A DNA stretch of 64,000 nucleotides from Pecten maximus (taxonomy: Eukaryota): NCBI RefSeq assembly GCF_902652985.1, contig NC_047019.1, positions 44,454,001-44,518,000 on the forward strand, in the 5' to 3' direction. This document shows, in pieces, positions 13,387 to 27,700 of the stretch. The notes beneath the pieces were generated by a model that had not been told where the DNA came from, did no database searches, and saw only the letters and a program-made list of their open reading frames with translations. The position numbers and the translations under genes were made by a program. Each line of letters opens with the position of its first letter. The first letter of the stretch is position 1.

Positions 13387-14404
13387 ATATTAGGTGTACT
13401 GTATATGACAGTCTATATTAGATGTATATGACAGTCTATATAAGGTGTATATGACAGTCTATATTAGGTGTAAATGACAATCTATATTAGGTGTATATGA
13501 CAGTCTATATTGGGTGTATATGACAGTCAGTATTAGATGTATATGACAGTCTATATTAGATGTATATGACAGTCAGTATTAGATGTATATGACAGTCTAT
13601 ATTAGGTGTATATGACAGTCTATATTAGGTGTATATGACATTCTATATTAGGTGTATATGGCAGTCTATATTAGGTGTATATGACAGTCGATATTAGGTG
13701 TATATGACAGTCTATATTAGGTGTATATGGCAGTCTATATTAGCTGTATATGGGAGTCTATATTAGGTGTATATGACAGTCTATATCAAGTGTATATGAC
13801 AGTCTATATTAGATGTATATGACAGTTTATATTAGATGTATATGACAGTCTATATTAGGTGTATATGACAGTCTATATTGGGTGTATATGACAGTTTATA
13901 TTAGGTGTATATGACAGTCTATATTAGGTGTATATGACAGTCTATATTAGGTGTATATGACGGTCTGTATTAGGTGTATATGACAGTCTATATTGGGTGT
14001 ATATGACAGTTTATATTAGGTGTATATGACAGTCTATATTAGGTGTATATGACAGTCTATATTAGGTGTATATGAGAGTCTATATTGGGTGTATATGACA
14101 GTCTATATTAGGTGTATATGACAGTTTATATTAGGTGTATATGACAGTTTATATTAGGTGTATATGAAAGTTTATATTAGGTGTATATGACAGTTTATAT
14201 TAGGTGTATATGAAAGTTTATATTAGGTGTATATGACAGTTTATATTAGGTGTATATGACAGTCTATATTAGGTGTATATGACAGTCTGTATTAGGTGTA
14301 TATGACAGTCTATATTAGGTGCATATGACAGTTTATATTAAGTGTATGACATTCTATATAATGTATATATGTCAGTCTATATTAGGTGTATATGACAGTT
14401 TATA
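13387..14404. repeat. 23-bp minisatellite, about 44 copies
   Basis: Unit TATATTAGGTGTATATGACAGTC. About two more copies recur at 15195-15242. Confidence 0.97.
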
Positions 14405-15194
14405 CACAACGCAACAAACAGTATGAAAGTTCAAAAATGTATTGAATGGAACCAAAACACTTGTTAAGGCTCATATTGATGATCTAAATGTTTTGGCATT
14501 CTTAGAGGCTGCTCATTCTTACAACCAAATTACATCACGACAACTTACAAAATTACATAATTAAATTTGATTCACAACTAAAAAAGATAGCCTAAACAAT
14601 TAAAATATTAATGATACTAGTGGGGCATGAAACCCCCGAGCTAGAGCGATCACAAGCTTAGATAGATATGACTGAATAAAGAAAGGAGAGATCCCTAGCT
14701 TGAGCGGTCTCAATCCACCGACTAAGCAGCTGTAAACAATCGCAGGTGACTGCTAAGACTGTATAAGATGGAGCGACCCCCAAGCTTGAGCGATCACAAG
14801 CTTATCATCTACACAAGAAATAAATACATAAAATGTAATACAATGAATTGGGGGCAAGGAATTCCCCGAATAACAAGTCCGCAACCCAAAAGAGGAAGGT
14901 ACTCTTAAGAGATTTAAGAGAAGGATAGGAAAGATTCCTAAGCGATTCAAGAGAGGGAAAAAAACTCTTAAGTGATTTAGGAGCAAGTAGCAGAGAGATC
15001 TGGACTCTTGAGCGATTCAAAAGAGAAAAGTATTTTAATTAAGCTATTTAAGAGCAGGTTGCAGATATATCTGGACCCTTTAGCTATTCAAGAGAGGAAC
15101 GTTTTATTCTTATTAAGCTATTTAGTTTAGTTTAAACACTATTTTTATCAACATTCAAGTATACACGTCACAATACAAATCATCTATACATATA
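14405..15194. other. Insert interrupting the 23-bp array; contains a degenerate palindrome array and a possible retroposon 3' tail
   Basis: The 23-bp repeat resumes at 15195. A motif like CTCTTRAGCGATTYAAGAG recurs from 14638 to 15125. The minus strand reads GATAAAAATAGTGTTTAAACTAAACTAAA ending at 15121. No clear TSD. Confidence 0.5.
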
Positions 15195-17149
15195 GGATTG
15201 TATATGACTGTCAATATTAGGTGTATATGACAGTCTATATTATTTGCAAATTGCATATATTGTAGCATGGTGTTCTTAGCACAGAGCAATTCCATCAGTG
15301 TACTTTTTCTCTCTCGTTATTATTGATTCTCCCTTTTATGTTTTAATCTAGCATACTCTGTCAACTGGTGCAGTTTTTGTAAAGATGACAGCAAAATATT
15401 TCAACATTATTGAGCCAAATAATCTCCATTGCATACCCGAAGAGAATACTGGACCTCTTATATTCAATCATATTGTATTTTGATTGATGTTTACTTTTAA
15501 CACATTATTTATTGTAGCATTTGCCAATGATGCCCTTATCATCTACACTACTTTTTAAAGAAAATGGTTTCCTTTAGATATTGTTTTAAGTCATGTGATC
15601 ATGTACCTTTGCTCTAACGACAGAGGAGCAGTAGTTCACATATCTGTACGAAAACTTCAACATGTTAATGTACCTTTTAACACTTCATAGTCGGGAACAT
15701 TTAATCAATAATGCATATCTTCAGCCTGGCGTTGCTGGTATTTGCGTTGAAAATACAAAGTTTTACGCAACAGCTGTTGTTGTACACGTAAACGTTCTGA
15801 TTGCTTTTAAAACACGGCTTTTCATACGTTTGGAATATTCTTTCTCCCACAGGAGTGGGTAATGCATACGCCACAATAATAGTCCCCCATTTGACGTGAT
15901 AGGAAAAGTGACATATACGGCATTTGTCGCCAGAAAAGCGTCAGTGAACTCCCGAACGTTACAGAGTATGAATAGTTTGACATCCTAATCCGTATTCGAA
16001 CATCATACAAAACAGAAAATGTGTTACACCGTACTTTGGCCATAACATTCTTAACATTAATACTACGTATAGGATCTTGAAACGCATTGATTTAATTCAA
16101 TAATACGATTAAAAATAAACTGGATTTCTGTATTCCCAATTAACAATACAAACTCGATCGACAATTAGTAGAAAATACCCTGTTGAATGATAACTTTAGA
16201 TACAAAGTAACAACGAGTTGAATTAGATATTGCCAGATAATGCAGGGAAATAAACTTTGTACATATTAACTTAAATCCTAACTGATAACCTGAGCCTCTA
16301 CAAAGAGGTACACACGCAATGTGGCGCTCCTGTAATGATATATGTTTGATGTGTATCTCTCTTGTAGACGGAAGTAAAGGAAGGCCGGACCAATTGTTTA
16401 ATCAGTTCAATAACTTAAGGAGGCATCTTAACCCCAAAAATTCTGCGTAATAATGTCAATTCGAAATACTTATTAACTAATATATTGAATACACAATCGT
16501 ATACTGAATAATGAATACAACCGTCGCATAATAAGACTTGAATGTCAATAGTATACCTAGCCTTGCCCGAGTCGATCAAACGCTTGTCACTTAATTCAAA
16601 ACACATTATAGAAGATCACGTGATTTTAATCTTATTGTATCTGCATGTAAAAATACTGTTAGAAGTCGTAATTGTTTGCCCCATTTTATAATTGGGTTAT
16701 GGAGCCATACTTACTTTGTGTTAATAAATAATGGTGTTCGAAGGCTTGTACTTTCTTGTTCAATTATGCAATTAAGGTAGACGTTATTGTGTTCTATTGC
16801 AATATGGCCTTATTACTCTTCACCGTGGTAGCGTCATTTACTTCTTAGTTTTGTGTTTGTGTTTTAAAGGGTTTTAATGACATGCATACATCATATTTCT
16901 GTATTGTAATATGTGATTTCGTAGCCGCGAATGATTGCGTTACGTTTTAAATATACGGTTGGCTGAACTGATTATTTTGTCCTAACGAACATTTCGTAAA
17001 TAAAAAGTAATAATATCGGCTGCCTTGCTCATATGAACATTTTTATCTCGCTGATCAATCTGCATGTAAACTTTTGCATGTAATAACAATTACGAAACAT
17101 CATAAATTCGATGAATCACTCTTATTGACCTGGATTGACGCGCGCAAGG

Positions 17150-17228
17150 TGTCTTCCTGCGGGAGAAAACCAAAGTACCAGGAACTCATAATTTAGAAGG
17201 GGACCTACTACCACTGCTCCACCAGACC
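17150..17228 (-). mobile_element. Degenerate SINE fragment
   Basis: GGGAGAAAACCAAAGTACCAGGAA resembles the GGAGGAAAGCCGCAGTACCCGCAGAAAA segment of the intact SINE at 35200-35420. Confidence 0.4.
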
Positions 17229-18676
17229 AAACAACCACCGACGTTCTACATCATTGTAAAATGACGTTTACACTTTTCCAGACCTCTTACGGGACTTTTA
17301 TCAAATCAGAAAAAAGACACATCTAAAAGATAACAACAGGTTCGCTAGCTAGATGGTAATTGCACGTCATACATTAGTAGTGGCGCCGTTACAGCGCCAT
17401 GTCAGCACCCAATGGAGTTTGGTAATTATTCATCGAGATAATCTTGTTCATAGAGCAGTGAGTTATGAATCTGAGAGAATTATCGAACATATCCGAATAT
17501 AGCCGACTTTATACGATTATTAACGAACCGACAGTCAATATCTTTTTTAATATTTTTTTCTGCGTCTTCACTTAAGGTGTCAATGTGTATGAAACGAATG
17601 TTTCCATGCTCAATACAAAATTAATGTATCTCCATATTATATCGCATATTACGTCTCGTAATCCGAATGTTCTTGAAAGATCAACAGGCCATTACAGTTT
17701 CAATGAACTTCTTTACTCCGGGAAAGCGTTAGACGGAATCTGACACATTGGTAGATTTAACTATCATATTACCAGAATGATGTTTTCACTACGAAGCAGG
17801 GTTGATATACGCTATATATATGTTGCCGTACCAGGCTGATTGTCTGCCAGGCGACGCCATTGTGTCATTTGGCCGTCCGCCTCGAACCTGGGTGATGCGA
17901 TTAAGTAAGGATCCATGTTTAGTTAGGAGGAATTTCATCACATCTCAATTTCATTACACTTGCTTTAATGACATAAAACCCTGACGTGGTTTGTCCATCG
18001 TGATGATACACGGAGCCATCGAATAACAAGGTTACAAAGCTATAGACATCGTTGGCTACCTAACACACGATAATGTATGCCATGCTAGTAGTTACTTAGC
18101 TAAGAGTTGTTTCGCCTTTGTCTTCCTTAATTATGTTTCTTTATTATCGACTTAGATACGTCCATTTTAACTTTAACGTAGAGATTATACCACGTATGTA
18201 TTTAAAGATCCATATATGTGCGCTGAGTGTGTTACTTTAATAATTTATTGTCCTAACAATAACAGTAAACTCATTCCAATAATCCTCGTTCAAACCCACC
18301 AAGTGTGTTCAACCGCAATATTTGAAATCATTGGAGCGTGATCGGTAAACGATGCTGGCATGTAGAACTTAGCAGGAGCGATAGACCGACCCCTGAGTAC
18401 CGCCATCCATCATGTAGCCGTGAGATTGGTACAGTATAGCCAATAAATATCAATAATGTTTACAAGTCAAGAGGGGCAATAACTCGGACAAAGATCGTTG
18501 GAGCGTAGCATGCATCTTGAAATGGTAACGATAAATCACGCCACCTCTCGAAACAACCTGTCAAGTTCCAGAGGGATTGGGTTGTGGACAGTAATGACTA
18601 CGATTGTTCTTAGACAGGAGGGGTAAACACCCGAGCCAAATTGATAACACGGATACACCAGAACAAGAAGAACAGA

Positions 18677-18794
18677 TATACCACCTGAAACAGAATGAAA
18701 ACTACCAACACGAAGTTATACCACCTGAAACAGAATGAAAACTACCAACACTAAGCTATACCACCTGAAACAGAATGAAAACTACCAACACTAA
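18677..18794. repeat. 40-bp tandem repeat, 3 copies
   Basis: TATACCACCTGAAACAGAATGAAAACTACCAACAC at 18677, 18717 and 18757. Confidence 0.95.
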
Positions 18795-20959
18795 ATTCTA
18801 TATACATCCAGAATATCGTATCCCATCAAAAGATCAAGCACACTACTGATAACTCTACTTTATTTGAAATATTGGTTCGCTTGTTGAACGTAATAAAACA
18901 ACACTTTTATACAACACAATTTAATGCGATTGATGTGAATATAACATTTCTGAGATGTATTGTTGTTAGAAAGTAAGATAAACAAACAGTTATATGATTT
19001 GTTTTATATACTATATGACTCTTGTCCATTTACTACCTCGGGGTTTATCCAGGTTTTGGTTGTTTATATAGGTAACAGTATTTTCACAATAACATACCTA
19101 GATGTAGTTTTGGTGTTATTACCGGGGTCTTAGACCGACTGCTTAATGCTGGTTTACTGGATGTTATGTCTCTGTTTTTAAAACACATACTGGATGGCTT
19201 ATAGTATTATAAAACCAAAAATATCTTCTCCAAAGCAGCAAAGCCATATTTATCAAATAAATAATGCATCGACGTGGACCATTTGTACAATATCCTGTCT
19301 AGCCCAATATCCTCATTTATTAATGGCGACGTTCAGTCGCTCTTAAATTAAACTCTCCGTAACAATTATTTCTTTACCCTCTCCGCCACTGCCCTCTAGA
19401 TGTCAGATCAGCCTTGTAGCGATTGGTCAACGATATCCATATATTCTAATCGTTTCCATTTACACAATAAAGCTCCTACCTCAAGCATATAAAGCTCACA
19501 ACTCGTGCGATAGTGATGCAACAGACTTTCATAAAACTAATAGCATTTTATACGAAAATTCATAAACTATCATGGACTTAATCTAATAGGCATGTCTAGT
19601 GTATTAGCATAAAGCAAATGGATCCCAGTGAGATTTCCTTGAGCTTCAATAATTCACATGCCAGGTCAACATTACTTTAACTACGCTGAGATCGATAGGG
19701 TTTTGATATAACCAGGTTCGCACGCCCTGTGTCACCGGGTATGGGCTAGCTTGTGATATCTTGATACCAAATGTTTCTGAGACCATACTGACGGTCATAT
19801 TGGCGGGCCACCCATCTGACACGTGCTGGAACGCATTATATTTATGAACTGCATGAGAGCTAAAGTATACATACAACATCAGCCGGATCATTACTCTGTG
19901 TATTTTCAAACTCAGCCTGTGTAAACAGCTTTTAGGAAATCCGTATATTCAGCAACACTTCAACAACAAATAAAGCTGGAAAGAGTTCCGACCGTTAACT
20001 CTATAATAGAGAGCAGGGCGGAGTTAGATGTATGACTCTCTGAGTGAGGTCTACACGGTATATCATGTGTAGAAAAAACCAAATGCAAGCACACGGGAAA
20101 CATATTAAAGGAGTTTATCCTTCCGGGACGCTTTGTCTTATTTCACTTTTACTTTTAAAATGTATATTTACTTTGTCTAAACCATGATCCAATACAGTTT
20201 CAGCAATTAAAACTCACAACAAGGTCTGCGTTCTTAAATGCATGTAAATTACAAAAATTAAAATATTTACTGCTCATATTTCAACAAATAACACCTGTAA
20301 ACTTCCTATTTCTCTCCATTAAACAGCACGTGTCCTCTCAGCTGGTGTCCAATGATTTGTGTGAGTACAATTTCACAACCGCAATACCAGTTCATTTTTT
20401 TTATGATTCCGAGTAAACATCTAAAATTTTGATATCACTTCACGATACCACAGGCATACCTGTCTATTAGAATTGATATTATAAATAATTACAAAACTAG
20501 GCAACTAACGGACACAACTGATATGGAGAGAACTCATTAGTCGCTGGTTCACTTTATTTCGAATGTTTTCGATTTCTGCTTAAAACATTCTTTTTCGAAA
20601 GGGATTTAGAGCTTTTATTTTTTTTTATATAAATATATCATGTGAAGGTTATATTTATTTCGGAAGAGTACACAGAGATTAGCTCTCTGAATCAGATCGT
20701 ATGATTCAATACCAGTGTGGCCTTCCACGTGAGCTATCCATCAGACCCCGTATCTAATGAGGAACGAAGAGTTATAATGACCTCAGTATTGTGTGCCCCT
20801 TACCACTGATAGCCTTCCGACAGTTTATGAGGATATAGATATGTCAATCAAAAATCTAGCGGGCTGACGTTCACCACCAAGTCATCTGTCAAGTGGCTGC
20901 GGGTATTTTTCGATTACAGGATGAATATGTTGCCTAGATATTGGTGTACATTGATTTGT

Positions 20960-21105
20960 GTGATTAAACATGATAACAGGATAACCCAATACCAGTACCG
21001 GCCATACTCTAAAACACACTTCTCATATTACTGCCCATATCCCATCACGACGAGGACCACCAGTTTAGACAACGTTTGTCCTGGGAATCAATACCCGGCC
21101 TTGTC
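20960..21105 (-). mobile_element. Possible highly decayed tRNA-SINE remnant
   Basis: CCTGGGAATCAATACCCGGCC looks like a reversed, decayed B-box region, preceded by SINE-core-like sequence. Recognised by eye only. Confidence 0.25.
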
Positions 21106-21303
21106 AGTACATATTTGGTTTACTATTTTTGCTAAGAGAGCAAACACATACACAACTGCCATCCATAAAAAAACATATACAAGCTTTACTGTCGAAACGA
21201 AAACTTAAACTTTGCAATTCTTTGAAGATTATTCATTTATCAGGGACAATGGCCCGTCCCAAGACGTTTCATTTGTGGGGTAGAGAGTCTGTATAATTTA
21301 TGG

Positions 21304-21745
21304 CAGTGTATATATAGCATACAAGATCTATCCTGTGATCAGTGTATATATAACATACCTGATCTGTCATGTGATCAGTGTATATATATAACATACTGTA
21401 CATGATATGTCATGTGATCAGTGTATATATAACATACCTGATCTGTCATGTGATCAGTGTAGATATAACATACCTGATCTGTCATGTGATCAGTGTATAT
21501 ATAACAAACCTGATATGTCATGTGATCAGTGTATATATTATAACATACCAGATCTATCATGTGATCAGTGTATATATAACATACCTGATCTGTCATGTGA
21601 TCAGTGTATATATAACATACCTGATCTGTCATGTGATCAGTGTATATATAAAATACCTGATCTGTCATGTGATCAGTGTATATATAACATACCTGATCTG
21701 TCATGTGATCAGTGTATATATAACACTCCTTAAATGTCATGTGAG
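21304..21745. repeat. 36-bp minisatellite, about 12 copies
   Basis: Unit CATGTGATCAGTGTATATATAACATACCTGATCTGT. Confidence 0.96.
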
Positions 21746-24700
21746 ATAGAACTTCACTGTTATAGGATCATATATATAGAAGAATAATGTTGAATTCTAA
21801 ACATAAATAAATATCTACAAATTAACACTAAAATAGCCATGTAATATACCTAAATGTTTGCTTCTTAAAATCAATAATTTGTTGTAGGTGGTAACAGTTT
21901 CTTCTATACAATTACTTTGGGATAACACTTAGCATGGGATAATTCTAAGTCACACAAATTATCAAACCTGAAAATAGCCACGCTGTTATGCTCACAAGTG
22001 TCTATAGCACGGGGTGGGAACAATTGCGTGACCAGAGTTGACTTTATGTACGCATAAACACTTATTTTGTGTTGACCTTAAAAAGCAAATGGCAGCTGTG
22101 TATACTATAATACAAATATGTCACAAAGGGAAGCACCAATCAGCATTGCTAGTTTGTGAAATATATGTGATACAAAAGACCTGATTGAGTACCCCTAAAA
22201 CATGCATTTTTTTCAGCATATTTTGTTGAAATTTACAAACAGCTTAAACAGTACATGTCTCATTGTTTGTTTTCATTTTAAGTAGCTGCACGCAGGCTGT
22301 GTATCAACAAAACTCTAGATAGGAAGCGTGACAGTTCGTGTACAGATGACGTGACAGACAGGGGATCACGTGACAAACGGGGTCCGATCACTCATATGGT
22401 CCAGAAGCAATAGTAATCATGCTATGGCAATCCCACAATCGATTAAGTCAAGAGTTTTATGAATTTTGACATTAATAAAAGCTGAAAGCTTACGTAATTT
22501 TCCTGTGTTTATCATAAATACTAATCTAATGTCAAGATTGAAAATTGTTCAATTCTGTATCTAAAGAAAAATCAAACAATGCATGTACATTGTCCTTATT
22601 TCGCATATATATATATATATATATATATAACTTTTACCTGACATCCAATTCCAAGGCAGAGAATCCCTCGAGATCGCAGCTCAAATACATGCGCAATTGC
22701 CCGCTCTCTCTATCCCATTTGCTTGCGGCTTGCCATTGTAACCTCTCGGGAACAGTCACGGCCGGTGCCCCTACACGTCTTTGTGATATGATAGACCTAA
22801 TCATTTGGATTCCAATTCCGATCACAAGGGACCAGCCCTTGTGAATTGGGTTGTCTGAAAACTTCTGGAAACCTTCGAATTTTCAGAGGCATTGCTTTAA
22901 TTATTCATTTGATATCACTCGCTAGGTCAAATTAAGAAATCCAGTGAAAATGCTGAATTGCAACATATATATAGGGCGGTGACTTGAGATGATTAATGGA
23001 AAAACTGAGTGTACGATTTGATACCTAATATTACTGAAACACGAATAAAACACTATACCCTACACCATAGCAAACCTGGTGGAAAGATGGTCATACATTA
23101 TAATGATATAAAAGGCACCCATGATTGTAATGTTGACTTTTGTGTTCAGACTTGAAGCTTAGCAAATATGTCATGCAGAATTCAATTATAACGTGATAGG
23201 CGAAAGGAAGGACGCAACGGTATGATAAATCACCATAACTAATGGACGTCTCCTGGTATTGACACACACTCTTTGGAGAGACCGTGGGACGTGACGTAAA
23301 CCAGAACATGACCTTAGAAGTGTCATTACAGGTCCAAATTGGATAAATAGCAAGCAATTATCAAAGAATGAAGTCAAGTATTATATATATTAAGAAATTC
23401 ACTTCATTTGACCAACAGTACAGTAAGCAGTATAATTGCGCTTCCAATATTTTTATTGTACTGGTCATTTGTTTTCTATTGGTCTTAATATAGAAAACTT
23501 ATATACTAATAATTTCCATAAAGAGGAGGAAGATAAATCCTGTCTGTGTACACGGGTTACTCGTTTAAATAATCATACTTGCATGAACAAAATTTGACTG
23601 TGACAAAATTAATGCATTGATGTTTGTCAATTGCGAAGTGTATACATTTATTAAATAAGCACTTTGATGTGTTGGACAATTAAACATGTAGCTTTAACAG
23701 GCGAACGATATACGAGATATATATAGGGACACAATGCTAAACAGGAAGGCAACATGGCGAATACGCATCGCAGTTATTGAGATACTTTCTGCGCTGACTT
23801 TAACTAAGGTGGACTGCCGATACATCATCCTGTACCAGTGACCTATTTATTGTAGCTTCTAGCATTACAATTCACCCTAGTCACAGATTCAGGGTTGTCT
23901 GAGGAATGACAATCGCCATATGCATATGTACCAATCGTTATCCCCCTTCTATATAAGATGTACCCCAATACTGGCCTAGCCGCGGCAGTCCAGGACGCCG
24001 AACGCCAGTCCGTCATTGTTACATTACGTGAACATCAAGTATGATAGCGGCTATTTGGTCTTCCGAAACTAACCGAATAATTCAATAATAAGATGTATAG
24101 ATATGCTATCTGTGTACTGTAGCAGGATGCCGGCTTACCATCTTAATTGTATATCACCATGTTGTTATAACGGTCGCGTCTGGATGTGTCTACGCGTTTT
24201 CTTATTCGCTGAGTTATCAGTGTTCTGACAATAAATACATACCTACAAATATTAATCAGGTCTATAACAGAAATACACATCGATACTTGACCATGGAAAT
24301 AATGGTTCTACATATTAAATAACCAGTTGGTTGTAAAACACTTGTCATTCTACAAGATACGATTTGCGAAGCGCAGTATTACTCAGTATTCGGTCAACAA
24401 TTTCAAATGTATTATCATAATATTACCATTCGAAAAAAAATGAATATCGTCATTACTCATGTGCAGACAGTTAATTTCACTCAAACACGTATTACTAAAG
24501 TGCATAATGACATAATTTATCTGTCTCCTAAGTAGTCAAAACACTGGTTCAATGTGGGTACTGCATGCGATCACAATATTTGATGTGGAATATTTGGTCA
24601 AAGGTCGACGAAATTTGTCAAATATTCGAGGTAATCTCTATGTGTTTTTTTTTTAATTTGGACAGTGTCATAATATGCACGAGATAAACACTGTTGTTAT

Positions 24701-27700
24701 TAAAGGAAATATTGACAGAATTTGGTGATTCATTTTGCTAATTTCACAATTTCGTCTTGTCCATCGTTGCTTGTTGTATGCGACAGACAATGATCTTGTA
24801 TCACTGTATATGACTGAGGAAATACCTTTTCAGTGATTAGTCAAGAGGTCTCCCACAGATTTGACAAAATGCAATGTTAACATGAAACAGCACGAGAGGT
24901 TAACATCTTTAATTGTTAACCTCGGTATCATTGACAACCCATACCTCCATTGGGTTAAGTTTACATTGTATATTCATTATTGAAATATGAGTGAGAAACC
25001 CCCCTTCATTGATTCGCCAATAGGTCTACCACTGATTTCAATAAAATGCAATGTGCAACCTAAAACGGCTCGAGAGAGTCACCTCGCTAATTGTAAATAG
25101 TAACACTATAAAACAGAAAACGGAGCTAGTACCAAGCTAGATAAGAAACTTTTGACTGTAGTTTGGACACCGATCTACTTAATATTGTGGTAACTGCTAA
25201 GGAGACATAGGTAAAGATATTCTTGGATTATTCTGTTGGGAAAGGCCATGCCGTTAACTTTGAAACTTAAGTTGTCGTCACCCTTTCAGTGAAACTGAGT
25301 ATCAAGGATCAATATCAAATTATTCGAAGTCATTTCAGCACTAACGATAAATGGAAAACTTCGCTTTTTTCAATATCATGCCAGCACTTGTAAATTATTT
25401 TTTGTTTTATTAAACGCTAAATTTCAATTATATATGATATTTTAAGGTGAATTTCTGGACCATGTTAAAGGTAGAACTTAGCAAAAAATGCATTACCATA
25501 ATTGTTTTATATAACAAATCATTTATTTCCCTCCGGCCTTGGCAAATATCACCTTTCCCGGGTTAACAATTTCTTGGTTAACATTAGCAACGTCAATATT
25601 TGCATAATGTTACTTCCGGTGCTCTGTCAAAAATATATTGAAATCGATACAAATGTTGCACAAGAGATTTCGAACGGTAAGCGTCGTAATCAGCAACGAC
25701 ATCCGCAGAGAAAAGAAAGGGTTCTCGAATTGTAACTTGGTTATCATAACGACATTGATAAGCTAAACAACGATTATCAAGCGTGTTGCACTTCATGCCG
25801 AACCAAAAAAAAAAACCTACCAAAAGGTGATCTAGAGCTATCGTATACCCGCTCTAATAAGCTCCATGATTTTCAGAGCTCGATTTAATGGATTTTACAT
25901 TCATTTACCTATAAACGTTAACTCAGTTTTATTAGCATGCCGACAACTTAATGACATTTTCGACGTCTGACCAATTTCTAACCAACTAATAAGAATACTC
26001 AGTTACAATTGTAGTTGTAATTAAAACAGTTATAGAGAGCGGTTGGTGGGCAGGGTAAAATCTGTTGTCAGTTTCCGCAAACACTAACTAACATTTAATG
26101 AAAACACGATAATTATTTGATAGATGTTTGATTTAACAGACCGTGTGTGTGTAGGAACTCGTCATATTTTTTTCCAGCCAATACGGATATGGTTATCAAC
26201 ATGGTTCTCTATCATGTCGTGGTTGCTTCAATACGTTTCTGGATACATGTATGTAGTCAGTTGTGTGTGCAGAATAAAACCTCCGTTGGCTCCTCATTCG
26301 CCATAAAATATGTCACCACGAGATCTAAAATCAAGATTACCCTAGAATCCCTATCTTCTTCAGGCAAATTCCGCAGAGGTTAATTCCTCTCTAGAATTCA
26401 TCACACTTTGTTATTTTTTTATGTAAGTTGATTACTGTATGTTGCTTTACCCGCCTAGGCACTGCCCACACACCACCACCACAAACAGGATCAAAGGTGT
26501 CGTAAACGACTAATATACAAGATCAACTCTGATCTGTGGCATACCGCAGTCGCTCTCCTAATGAAGTTTGATCTTTTTACCTAGAGTGTGACGGCTAATA
26601 GAGTAGGAGGCTAACGTTGCTCACAGAAAAGTGAAAATGTAGCGATAATTATTATACGGAACGAACTAACAAAAGTACATAAGGTAGTCACAGAAACGTG
26701 ATAATGTGCAGGATAGACAACGCATATGGTGTGTTGTGGGAAGGATCTCATGTCTATAATACAGAGACACATGTATGAGAGTCGTAGGGGCATTAATGAT
26801 TCTCTTCCTTACCCAAATCCCCTGAGCTAACACCTTGGAATACGAACTACAGCAAGGATTAGGTATTGACAACACAACTAAGATAACCTTTTTAGTCGGT
26901 GTATTGATTCTGTAGTTATAAAACGTAAACTCATTTTGTCCGAGCGGTATGTTTATTTTTATACAGCCAATATTTCTTATCCCGGTTACTTTACCAAGAA
27001 AATGAAATGATGACAGCCATATTTCATTTTCTTGAAGTTGCTGATTCTAAAGCAGCGTATGCCGCCAGAAAAAAATGCCCAGAAACATGATAAATGTAAA
27101 CTCGTACAGACTTCTTCACTTTTGCGTATCTACAAGCCGACGTCACATCAGTCTTTGGATGTTTTATCAATAATCTATAAAGTTACAAGAACACAAAGTC
27201 CTAGCTTAGCTACATTATCGCCTTTCACATGTAAGCATGTTTTCAATGTTCCTCATTTTGTGTAGTACCAATATACTAGGCTAGCGCTACACAAATATAC
27301 AGTTTGTATATGATGGTAATCTCTTCTCTTTTTACGTAAACTGAATATGTATGCCTCCATCTTGTTTGTTTGGTAAGATAGATTCCTTCCTACACAACGG
27401 TGGCATCCATGATGTGTGGGGCAAGACAGAGACAAGTTTAGCATACAGGCACGTAACAGAAGTGGATGTCCCATTATACCATATGTACTTCTCATAATAA
27501 CCATCTTGAATTGTTATTACTTTGCCAAATCACGGACATAGTGCAAGGTGTGGCACAGCTGTTGTCTATTTAATATAGCTTTTCTACAACACAACAAGAT
27601 CAGAAACACCGATTGTGATGTAGTGTTTGTTGTTTTCTGTGACATAATGATTGTTTTGGCGTTAAGCATTTTTTAAGATCACAGAGAGACATCTTAAATC

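Noticed and set aside
14620-15125. CRISPR-like appearance of palindromic repeats with spacers
   Set aside because: Repeats are divergent, spacers are short, uneven and related to each other, there are no cas genes, and the context is eukaryotic.
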